NCBI GenBank assembly: GCA_027050205.1
Contig: JALUCS010000091.1
Location: 1 to 10,193, forward strand
Length of the DNA: 10,193 bases
From: a candidate division WOR-3 bacterium
GTDB taxonomy: Bacteria; Hydrothermota; Hydrothermia; LBFQ01
Direction: 5' to 3'
The translations under genes and the position numbers were made by a program. Below the pieces are notes generated by a model. It saw only the letters and a list, made by a program, of their open reading frames with translations. It did no database searches and was not told the origin of the DNA. Positions 1-6,899 of the stretch are shown here, piece by piece. How positions within the stretch are numbered: the first letter of the stretch is position 1; every line of letters starts with the position of its first letter.

Positions 1-322
1 TCGCCTCCGGGTCCGGCCCTACGAATATCAAACCGTGGTTTATCACCTCGCGGGCGAAGTCCGGCCTCTCGGAGAGGAAACCGTAGCCCGGATGTACGGC
101 CTTTGCCCCGGACTTTCTGGCGGCCCACAGTATCTTACCTATGTCAAGGTAGCTGGTGGCAGGCGTGTCCCCACCGATCTCAACGGCGAGGTCGGCGTTT
201 ATCACGTGCAGGGCGTTCCTGTCGGGATTGGAGAAGACGGCCACGGAGACGAAACCGAGCTCCTTCAGCGTCCGCTCTATCCTTACGGCTATCTCGCCCC
301 TGTTGGCTATAAGGACCTTCAC
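1..322 (-). CDS. Biotin carboxylase domain protein (acetyl/propionyl/methylcrotonyl-CoA carboxylase alpha subunit), N-terminal part, runs off the window
   Basis: Not in the ORF track. Manual translation from GTG at 322: [107 protein letters not shown]. Contains the ANRGEIA, SYL and HPGYGFLSE motifs. Substrate cannot be determined from this fragment. Confidence 0.95.
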   Translation of the reverse strand, partial: MKVLIANRGEIAVRIERTLKELGFVSVAVFSNPDRNALHVINADLAVEIGGDTPATSYLDIGKILWAARKSGAKAVHPGYGFLSERPDFAREVINHGLIFVGPDPEA

Positions 323-328
323 GGCTCT

Positions 329-334
329 ATTCTA
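329..334 (-). promoter_or_regulatory. -10 box TAGAAT, 6 nt before the biotin carboxylase GTG
   Basis: Minus strand reads TAGAAT-agagcc-GTG, no Shine-Dalgarno. Confidence 0.6.
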
Positions 335-346
335 AGCGGGTAAGCC

Positions 347-1819
347 CTACCTGACGACCACCTTTCGGGCCTCGCTGCCAACCTTGACGAAGAAGACGCC
401 GGAGGGTAGGGGTACGAAGCGGGTTCCGGATACCTCAAACTTCCCAACGAGCTTACCGGCGACGTTGAAAAGCTCCACCCTTATGGGGATAGAGGAGGTT
501 AGGGTTATGCCGCCAGTGGTAGGTGCTATCTTCAGGCCCAAATCCTGCGATTTCTCAAGCACCTCGGTACCATCGTCGTAAGACAGCGGATGGCACGCCC
601 CGACATCAGATATGTTATAATAGGCGTAGATTTTGTTCCGTCCATCTTTAACTATAACGATATCCGCCCTTCCCGTATCCGTAATCTCGTCAAGGAGGCC
701 AACCCGGACGCCATAAGGGTAAGGACCGGAGCAGCTGGATCCACTGAAATCTATCGGGTGTTTGAGCCAAGTGGTGGTATCCACCTGCTCGTACCACTTG
801 AGCATAGCCTCACCGGATGGAGGACAGGCTGTAGCCGCAACTATGTCCATATCCCCATCGCAGTCAAGGTCGGCTATGTTCACGCGGGCAAACGGGTTCC
901 TATCCGAAGCACCTGTTCCTTGAGATAAACTACTATCAATTCGTAGTTCCTCAAAGTATCCTCCACGGTTAAATAATACTGATGTTGTAGGACCTACACC
1001 GATTATGTCTATCAGACTGTCTCCGTTTATATCGTATGCCAGAATACCTTGCCATCTACCATTATCTATCGTGTCAACCCTATAAAAAGAAGAACCATTA
1101 AAATAGAAGACGTACAAACCGTGGTTCGGCCAGTCTGCTTTGTAATTACTACAGGCTGCGTCTATGTACCCGTCCAAGTTGAAGTCCCCGAAGGCTATCC
1201 CATCGCCGCAGAGGTCGTCGTCCCGCACTACGAGGGTGTTGGTATAGGCGTTATAGAAACTTACGCTGCCGTCGTAGGAACTCCAGTATATCAGGCCACC
1301 ACGCCCTACTATGCTGTTGGGGTCATCGTACGAACCACTTCCGTGGTATCGTAATAGGGTGTCGTGATAAGATGGGAAGGCTCCGTCGGAGACTATCATA
1401 TAAACCGAGTGGTTTTCCCAGTGTCCAGCCGAGGCGAAGTCCTCTATACCGTCGTCGTTTATGTCTCCTATGTTGGTTATGCCGTAAGCAGGCTGTGGGC
1501 TTATCCTGTATGCTGTGAAAGTGCCGGGTATTCCGGGGGAGGTTTGCTTCAGTACGTACGCCCCCTGAGTTCCGAGGTACCACACCCCGAAAGGTATATC
1601 TCTGATGCTGTCCCCATCCACGTCCACGATGGTCACCGACCTGTCCGTTACGAGTTGGATCCTATCCGATGAACCGCCGGTGTAGATGAGGCACCTGCAG
1701 AAGGTCAGGGGGCCACTGGTGATGGTGGTGCAGGAGGAAGGACAGATCTGGGCGTTTAGAGAAACCGCAAAAAGCGGTGAAACCATAAGTGTTGCTAGCA
1801 TTATCGCTTTATTCCTCAT
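347..1819 (-). CDS. Secreted FG-GAP/VCBS-repeat beta-propeller protein with T9SS-like C-terminal domain
   Basis: Signal peptide MRNKAIMLATLMVSPLFAVSLNA-Q. Repeats DVDGDSIRD, GDINDDGIED, GDFNLDGYID, YDINGDSLID, ADLDCDGDMD. C-terminus VELFNVAGKLV...LPSGVFFVKVGSEARKVVVR resembles T9SS type A sorting domains. Confidence 0.85.
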   Translation of the reverse strand: MRNKAIMLATLMVSPLFAVSLNAQICPSSCTTITSGPLTFCRCLIYTGGSSDRIQLVTDRSVTIVDVDGDSIRDIPFGVWYLGTQGAYVLKQTSPGIPGTFTAYRISPQPAYGITNIGDINDDGIEDFASAGHWENHSVYMIVSDGAFPSYHDTLLRYHGSGSYDDPNSIVGRGGLIYWSSYDGSVSFYNAYTNTLVVRDDDLCGDGIAFGDFNLDGYIDAACSNYKADWPNHGLYVFYFNGSSFYRVDTIDNGRWQGILAYDINGDSLIDIIGVGPTTSVLFNRGGYFEELRIDSSLSQGTGASDRNPFARVNIADLDCDGDMDIVAATACPPSGEAMLKWYEQVDTTTWLKHPIDFSGSSCSGPYPYGVRVGLLDEITDTGRADIVIVKDGRNKIYAYYNISDVGACHPLSYDDGTEVLEKSQDLGLKIAPTTGGITLTSSIPIRVELFNVAGKLVGKFEVSGTRFVPLPSGVFFVKVGSEARKVVVR

Positions 1820-1828
1820 GACGATGGA

Positions 1829-1834
1829 ATTATA
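1829..1834 (-). promoter_or_regulatory. -10 box TATAAT, 9 nt before ATG at 1819
   Basis: Minus strand reads TATAAT-tccatcgtc-ATG, no Shine-Dalgarno. Confidence 0.65.
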
Positions 1835-2011
1835 AGGTCGTACTGATACCTATAACTTAGTGCAAATTTGGATATCTGTACGGAGGATTATTTGTTAATC
1901 TAATCGCAATATTGAATAAATGTGTAAATTTGGATAAGCCGGTATTGAGCCGGTAGAGGGATCCCTATCCATTGTCTAAGGTTCCATTCACCGTTTGACG
2001 GAAAACGAACG

Positions 2012-2121
2012 CACTTTCAAAATATGAAACTTGCTCTTTAGGAAACTGCTAATCCCTATTTAGGAAACATAAAGAATCACTTTAGTAAATTGAAAGTCCA
2101 TCTTTAAAATTCCACTTTCCC
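2012..2121. repeat. Degenerate 22-bp tandem array (4-5 units)
   Basis: Rows at 2012/2034/2056/2078/2100: cactttcaaaatatgaaacttg, ctctttaggaaactgctaatcc, ctatttaggaaacataaagaat, cactttagtaaattgaaagtcc, atctttaaaattccactttccc. Confidence 0.7.
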
Positions 2122-2368
2122 GTTTGATATGGATACTGAGCAATCTTTACCTCATCGGTACAATACCGATAAGCCCAATAGTGATGCATGTTGAGGTATT
2201 TATATGGCACTGTTTATAAAAATAAATTTTTAAAAGTTTTTAGGCAAATTATGAAAAACCCGCAATTATCCCCCCAATTTTACGCCCCGTAGACAGAAAC
2301 GTCCTGGTCGTATCTCTCACAATTTTACGGATTGCAAAGTGTGGAAGTTCTGCTTCCTAAGGCCAGTA

Positions 2369-3289
2369 TCAAACCCCCAACCTCCGCCTCACCTCCTTAA
2401 AGAAACTCCCGTCAATCTCAACCCCCAGCTTGAGATAGGACACGTCCGGTTCCCCAAGGCGGTAATAGTCCTTTTCGGTACATAGGAGCGTCGCACCCTG
2501 CCTCTCGGCCTCCCTCTTCATCCTCTCAACCTCCTCAAGGGGGATCCACCAGTGATCCGGGTAAATCTTCTTCCCCACCACTATACCCCCACCCTCCTTC
2601 ACCGCCCTTAGAAAGCTGAAGGGGTCAGCTATGGCGCAGAATACGAACACCTTCCTACCTTTCAGCGGTACTATCCCCCTACCGGTGGCTATCCCCTCAA
2701 CCCTGTACCTCATCCCGAAGGTGGGTTTCCCCAGATCCGGAGGGGGGAGAGGGGGATCCAACTTGTAGTTGAAGACGAGGAGGTCGGCGAAGCGGTAAGC
2801 GGGGAAGGGTTCCCGGAGGGGGCCGAAGGGTAGGGTGTAGGAGTTGGGGTCGGAGGGTCGTAGGAGGAGTACGCTCACGTGGGGTCGCACCGCAAAGTAC
2901 TGGAATACGTCATCATACACCACCACCTTGGCACCTAAGGCCTTGGCCATCTCCGTCCCCTTTAGTCTATCCTTGCAGGCCACTACGGGTACGCCCGTCC
3001 TCCTGTGGAGCATATAACCCTCGTCCCCTAAGTACTCCGGCGATGGGTGTTCCTCCGATGTGAAACATCCCCTGTGCTTCCGACGGTAACCGAGGGTGAC
3101 TACGGCCGGGGAGGGGAGCCGCCTGACCAACTCGGAAACCAGAGGGGTCTTTCCGGTCCCACCCGTCCGCAGGTTTCCGACCCCTACGGAAGGCAACGGG
3201 GGAGTACGGGCCTCGGTCCGGAACCGGAGATAGGTCACCACCCAGGCGTAAGGATTTACGAGGTCAAGGCCCCTCAAGTATCCCATCAC
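2369..3289 (-). CDS. lpxK: Tetraacyldisaccharide 4'-kinase (lipid A biosynthesis)
   Basis: VGNLRTGGTGKTP Walker A, LGYRR, GDEGYML, KDR, VYDDVFQY, LPFGPLREP, AIADP, YPDH and CTEKD motifs match the LpxK family. Start is GTG 3289 or ATG 3286. Confidence 0.95.
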   Translation of the reverse strand: MMGYLRGLDLVNPYAWVVTYLRFRTEARTPPLPSVGVGNLRTGGTGKTPLVSELVRRLPSPAVVTLGYRRKHRGCFTSEEHPSPEYLGDEGYMLHRRTGVPVVACKDRLKGTEMAKALGAKVVVYDDVFQYFAVRPHVSVLLLRPSDPNSYTLPFGPLREPFPAYRFADLLVFNYKLDPPLPPPDLGKPTFGMRYRVEGIATGRGIVPLKGRKVFVFCAIADPFSFLRAVKEGGGIVVGKKIYPDHWWIPLEEVERMKREAERQGATLLCTEKDYYRLGEPDVSYLKLGVEIDGSFFKEVRRRLGV

Positions 3290-3881
3290 CGAGGATCTCG
3301 TACCTCAACTTGGGCGTTACGAAGTACTTCCCCCTCCTCAAGGACAGGTACCCCCTCCTCAAGAGGGAGGTAAGGACGGCCCTATGACCGTCCTTTAGAG
3401 GTGAGGATGTGGTTAGAAGTCCGTCTATGGCCATCGCTATCAGGAACTTCTCCGAGGCGTCCATATCGGAGGCGAGGAGGGCCTTCTTCAGCTCCGACTT
3501 CCCGACCTTCCTACCCTTGGGTACGCTGGAGTTGGAGGACCTTATGAACCGGACGACGGCGAGGTAGAAGGCTCTGGCGGGGTCCTTCACCTCCTCGTAG
3601 GACCTCCTGACCACCTTACGGGTATTTACGAGGTAGTTGCAGGCGTACAGGAGGGACACCCCCTTGCTCCGGGAGTAGTGTATGGCGTAGAGGATGTCGT
3701 CCCTGCTGTAGCTCGTGGGCGACCGCCTTACCCTCCTCCGTTTCCCGAACCTCTCGCGGAATATCCTCCGCAGTTTGGACTCGCTCATCCGCAGCTTGGC
3801 CGCCAACTCCGAAAGGACGCGACCCTTCTCACCCCTTGGGGCGTTTATGTACTTCTCGTAAGCCCGCCTTATCCTATCCAT
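3264..3881 (-). CDS. Uncharacterised basic DNA-binding protein (N-terminal HTH, probable C-terminal winged helix), 205 aa
   Basis: Start re-assigned to ATG 3881 (MDRIRRAYEKY...), preceded by GGAGG and overlapping the end of queD by 8 nt. The track start at 3995 lies inside queD. HTH-like LSELAAKLRMSESKLRRIFRERFG, and wHTH-like VLTSLLRRGYLSLRRGKYFVTPK. Confidence 0.75.
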   Translation of the reverse strand: MDRIRRAYEKYINAPRGEKGRVLSELAAKLRMSESKLRRIFRERFGKRRRVRRSPTSYSRDDILYAIHYSRSKGVSLLYACNYLVNTRKVVRRSYEEVKDPARAFYLAVVRFIRSSNSSVPKGRKVGKSELKKALLASDMDASEKFLIAMAIDGLLTTSSPLKDGHRAVLTSLLRRGYLSLRRGKYFVTPKLRYEILGDGILEGP

Positions 3882-4224
3882 CGCCCTCCATATACGTGGC
3901 AGCGTAGTTGGGAGTCTCCCACACCCTGACGGAGACGACGTCGTACCCCATCTCCTTGAGCCTCTCGTAGAAGAACCTGGCCACGTTCTCCGCACTGGGT
4001 GGTACGTCTAACTTCTCGTTCAAATAGGTGTGATCCAAGCCGAGGGAGTGGAGGTCGGCCTTTATCTTTTTAAAATCTACGGCCACCCCACTGTCGCCAA
4101 CCTCTTTGAAGCGGATGTTTGCCTCAACCACCCACCTATGGCCGTGGAGATTCACGCAAGGCCCCTCCACGTCAGGCAACCTGTGGGCGGCGTCAAACTC
4201 GTACCTGACCGTCAGGATCCACAT
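3874..4224 (-). CDS. queD: 6-carboxy-5,6,7,8-tetrahydropterin synthase (QueD/PTPS family)
   Basis: FDAAHRL, C-x3-HGH (CVNLHGH), DF, LDHTYLNE, PSAENVA and VWET motifs. Confidence 0.93.
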   Translation of the reverse strand: MWILTVRYEFDAAHRLPDVEGPCVNLHGHRWVVEANIRFKEVGDSGVAVDFKKIKADLHSLGLDHTYLNEKLDVPPSAENVARFFYERLKEMGYDVVSVRVWETPNYAATYMEGDG

Positions 4225-4231
4225 AGGGGAT

Positions 4232-4237
4232 ATTTTA
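4232..4237 (-). promoter_or_regulatory. -10 box TAAAAT, 7 nt before the queD ATG
   Basis: Minus strand reads TAAAAT-atcccct-ATG, no Shine-Dalgarno. Confidence 0.6.
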
Positions 4238-4391
4238 TCCCGGAGCAGTACCTTGAGGTCGCACCCGCTTTTGGTGTTGTTATCATATGTGGAAATTTTA
4301 GGTAGAATTTACAAAATATCCGCAAAAACGTTGAGAATATTCGGAATTATATCACTTTTACCACGATTTTAGGATATGGGACACTGTTCTT

Positions 4392-4442
4392 CGGAGGGGG
4401 CATCGGGTCGCAGCCTCGGAGTTCCCCGACGGATGTCCTCCG
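4392..4442. other. GC-rich imperfect stem-loop inside AT-rich spacer
   Basis: CGGAGG(4392-4397)/CCTCCG(4437-4442), CATC/GATG and GTCG/CGAC nested pairings. Confidence 0.5.
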
Positions 4443-4448
4443 GTAGAT

Positions 4449-4558
4449 CCCGATTCAAAATCCGTAATTGAGCCTTCAAGGATATTGAAGTGCAACTTTC
4501 AGTTTATTTAAATGCAAGTAGTGGTTTCTTAAAGTCCGATCTGTAGTTTTTGAAAGTG
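4449..4558. repeat. Degenerate 22-bp tandem array (4-5 units), inverted relative of 2012-2121
   Basis: Minus-strand rows from 4558: cactttcaaaaactacagatcg, gactttaagaaaccactacttg, catttaaataaactgaaagttg, cacttcaatatccttgaaggct, caattacggattttgaatcggg. Confidence 0.65.
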
Positions 4559-4747
4559 TATTTGGACGACCATTGTACTACGGAGATCCTTTCGCTGAAT
4601 ATCGTAATATCTCCTCAAAATATCACCATTTTTGTGAAGTTTTAAATTAAATCTATCGCAATTTTGTCTGAAATTTGAATAAAAAATCGTTTATTCCCAC
4701 AACCATAACGCTCGGATCTTGACGGTCGTTCCCGGTTTTAGCAACGG

Positions 4748-4753
4748 TATAAT
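4748..4753 (+). promoter_or_regulatory. -10 box TATAAT, 9 nt before ATG at 4763
   Basis: TATAAT-cccggtacg-ATG, no Shine-Dalgarno. Confidence 0.65.
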
Positions 4754-4762
4754 CCCGGTACG

Positions 4763-5428
4763 ATGAGGGTGGCTCTGGTACCTATGCACGTGGAGGTGGG
4801 GGACTTCGAGAGGAACTACGGGGAGTTCGTAAGGCGCCTTGATGAGGCTATGGCATACTCCCCTGACCTCGTCCTCTTTCCGGAGTACTGCCTAACCGGC
4901 TTCAGGACGTGGGATTTCAGCGGGGCGAAGCTCTACGATGAGATAGTCCGGAGGGTCGGCACCCTCGTTAGGGAGAGGGGGATATACGTCGCCTTCGGCC
5001 TCCTCGAGCCTGACGGGGAGTGCGTCTATAACTCTGCCGTGCTGATGGGGAGGGACGGGAGGGTGACCCTGAAACACCGGAAGTTCCAGGAGCCTATGAG
5101 GTTCTGCACGGGAGAGGAGTTGGGGGCGGTGGATACGGAGTTCGGCCGGGTCTCGCTGGTGATATGCGGGGACCTCTACAACGACCGGATACTCAAGGGC
5201 TTGCTTAGGGTGAGGCCCGATTACGTCCTCGTACCGATGGAGTATACGCCAGAGTACGGCCAACTGAACGAGGGGGACGTCAGGGCGATGGCCGAGAGGA
5301 GCAGACTCTTCGGTGCCATCACCTTCGTAGCCAACACCTTCCCGCCGGGAGGGGCGTGGGTCTTCGGCAGGGGTGGGGAGGTCCTCGCAGCGAGTGAAGG
5401 GGACGGGTTGCTCATATACGAGGTGTGA
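4763..5428 (+). CDS. Carbon-nitrogen hydrolase (nitrilase superfamily)
   Basis: Glu-Lys-Cys triad motifs VLFPEY, HRKFQ and VICGD, plus YNSAV and TEFGRVSLVIC. Confidence 0.92.
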   Translation: MRVALVPMHVEVGDFERNYGEFVRRLDEAMAYSPDLVLFPEYCLTGFRTWDFSGAKLYDEIVRRVGTLVRERGIYVAFGLLEPDGECVYNSAVLMGRDGRVTLKHRKFQEPMRFCTGEELGAVDTEFGRVSLVICGDLYNDRILKGLLRVRPDYVLVPMEYTPEYGQLNEGDVRAMAERSRLFGAITFVANTFPPGGAWVFGRGGEVLAASEGDGLLIYEV

Positions 5429-5443
5429 AGTGTCTCCGCTTGC

Positions 5444-6859
5444 CTATCGCACTATTACCCTCCTCGTCTCATCTCCCCGTTTCAGGAAGTATATGCCCCT
5501 CTTGAGGGAAGTCGGTAGGGAGGGACCCGAATAGATGAGTCGCCCGTCGGAGGAGTAGACCTTTACCGGACCTTCCCAATCCGGTTTAAGTCCGTACGTT
5601 TCCCTCGCTTGAAGGTCGTCGTCCCCTCCGAGGATGATGCATTCGGGTGTAGAGGGGGTAACGTTGTAGTAGGCCCAAAGCTCGTTTGAGGCGTTGCGAA
5701 CTACGACTATGTCTCCCCGTCCCACCGTGTCCGTCTCGTTGAGAAGTCCCACCCTAACGCCGTAGGGGTAGGGATGGGAGCCGCTGCAGTTGTACCCGCT
5801 CGTATCTATGGGGTGCCTGCTCCATATGCGGGAGGTTGAATCCACGTTCTCGTACCATACCAACATAGCCCCGCCGGAAGGGGGGCAGGAGGTGGCGGCC
5901 ACGACATCCACGTCGCCATCGCAATCCAGGTCCATGATATTCACCCTGTTGTAGCCGTACCCGTAGCGAGAGAAGGAGCTGTCCAAGATTACCTCCGTCC
6001 AGGTGCTACCGTCGTGGTAGAATACGCTAACCTTACTCCCGGCCGCCAGGAGGTCAAGGTTGCCATCGTGATCAAAGTCGTAGGCCAAGGTACCTTGGAA
6101 GGGGTCGGTGCTTACGACCTCCGGCGTCATAAACGTTATGCCGTTGAAGTAATAGACTACAAGGCCGTTGAAGGGGCTTGATGCGGAACCGTCGTGGTTG
6201 GAGCAGGCGGCGTCTATGTATCCGTCCCGGTTGAAGTCCCCGTAGGTAATACCGTCGCCGCAGTACCTGTAGGACGTGTCAAGTCGCCTTATCAGGGTGG
6301 AGGTGGCGAAGTCGTAGTAGCTTATCCCCCCAGAGTAATCGCTGAAGTATATCCCCCTACTTGAGGCCGTTATGGAGTTGGGGTAGGTGGTCGGATCGTG
6401 GAAGATGGCGTTAATGGAGTAGGGACCGAGGGAACCGGGAGAGGTTAGGATGAGGCTTTCGGTGCTGTGCAGGGTTACGGCGAAGTCTACCAGACCGTCC
6501 CCGTTTACGTCCCCCAAGGACGTTATTCCGTAGGTGGGCGTGTCGGCTATCTGAACCTCCGTAAAGGTCCCCGGTATCCCAGGAGCCGTATGCCTAAGGA
6601 TGTAGGTCCCCTCCCGTCCGTAAGCCCATATCCCGAAGGGTATATCCCTAAGGCTGTCGCCGTCCACATCCACGATGGTCGTTGGGTTGTCCGTGACCAG
6701 TTGGATGCGGTCGTTGGAGTTGGGGGAGCGGTATATCCTGCACCGACAGAACTCCTGGCCACCGCTGGAAATGGACGTACAGGATGCCGGGCAAAGCTGC
6801 CCGTACGCCCCAACGGGTAGGAGCATGGTCGTCGCGATAAGGATGGACACCCTCCTCAT
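5444..6859 (-). CDS. Secreted FG-GAP/VCBS-repeat beta-propeller protein with T9SS-like C-terminal domain, paralog of 347-1819
   Basis: Signal peptide MRRVSILIATTMLLPVGAYG-Q. Repeats DVDGDSLRD, GDVNGDGLVD, GDFNRDGYID, YDFDHDGNLD, MDLDCDGDVD. C-terminus VKVYSSDGRLI...LKRGIYFLKRGDETRRVIVR. Confidence 0.85.
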   Translation of the reverse strand: MRRVSILIATTMLLPVGAYGQLCPASCTSISSGGQEFCRCRIYRSPNSNDRIQLVTDNPTTIVDVDGDSLRDIPFGIWAYGREGTYILRHTAPGIPGTFTEVQIADTPTYGITSLGDVNGDGLVDFAVTLHSTESLILTSPGSLGPYSINAIFHDPTTYPNSITASSRGIYFSDYSGGISYYDFATSTLIRRLDTSYRYCGDGITYGDFNRDGYIDAACSNHDGSASSPFNGLVVYYFNGITFMTPEVVSTDPFQGTLAYDFDHDGNLDLLAAGSKVSVFYHDGSTWTEVILDSSFSRYGYGYNRVNIMDLDCDGDVDVVAATSCPPSGGAMLVWYENVDSTSRIWSRHPIDTSGYNCSGSHPYPYGVRVGLLNETDTVGRGDIVVVRNASNELWAYYNVTPSTPECIILGGDDDLQARETYGLKPDWEGPVKVYSSDGRLIYSGPSLPTSLKRGIYFLKRGDETRRVIVR

Positions 6860-6868
6860 AACGCTGAA

Positions 6869-6874
6869 AATCTA
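6869..6874 (-). promoter_or_regulatory. -10-like box TAGATT, 9 nt before ATG at 6859
   Basis: Minus strand reads TAGATT-ttcagcgtt-ATG, no Shine-Dalgarno. Confidence 0.5.
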
Positions 6875-6899
6875 CCTCGGAACCTCAAGCCGCACCGCG

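Noticed and set aside
35..343. 102-aa plus-strand ORF and other short antisense ORFs in the track
   Set aside because: Shadow frames of real genes; 35-343 lies opposite the biotin carboxylase.
1895..1920. Direct-orientation similarity to 4647-4683 (aatct(a)atcgcaat...ttgaataaa)
   Set aside because: Short, AT-rich and needs a large gap; cannot be separated from chance by eye.
2012..2121. CRISPR array
   Set aside because: Units are contiguous degenerate 22-mers with no unique spacers, and there are no cas genes in the window.
1860..2350. Canonical oriC with DnaA boxes (e.g. TTATCCAAA on minus at 1929-1937)
   Set aside because: Only mismatched boxes, as expected in AT-rich DNA, and no dnaA-region genes nearby. 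Not excluded without GC-skew data.
3882..3995. N-terminal extension of the ORF at 3264-3995
   Set aside because: Lies inside queD in another frame; ATG 3881 has a Shine-Dalgarno and couples to queD.
4225..4300. preQ1 riboswitch upstream of queD
   Set aside because: No recognisable preQ1 motif, and the -10 box abuts the ATG, leaving no leader.
4719..4724. TTGACG as -35 box for TATAAT at 4748
   Set aside because: The 23-nt spacing is too long for a sigma70-type promoter.
1820..4762. Intact Tn7/Mu-like transposon bounded by the arrays
   Set aside because: No catalytic transposase, no symmetric TG...CA termini or target duplication found, and the enclosed genes are housekeeping.
347..6859. Diversity-generating retroelement acting on the FG-GAP paralogs
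   Set aside because: No reverse transcriptase and no near-identical repeat pair with adenine-specific differences.
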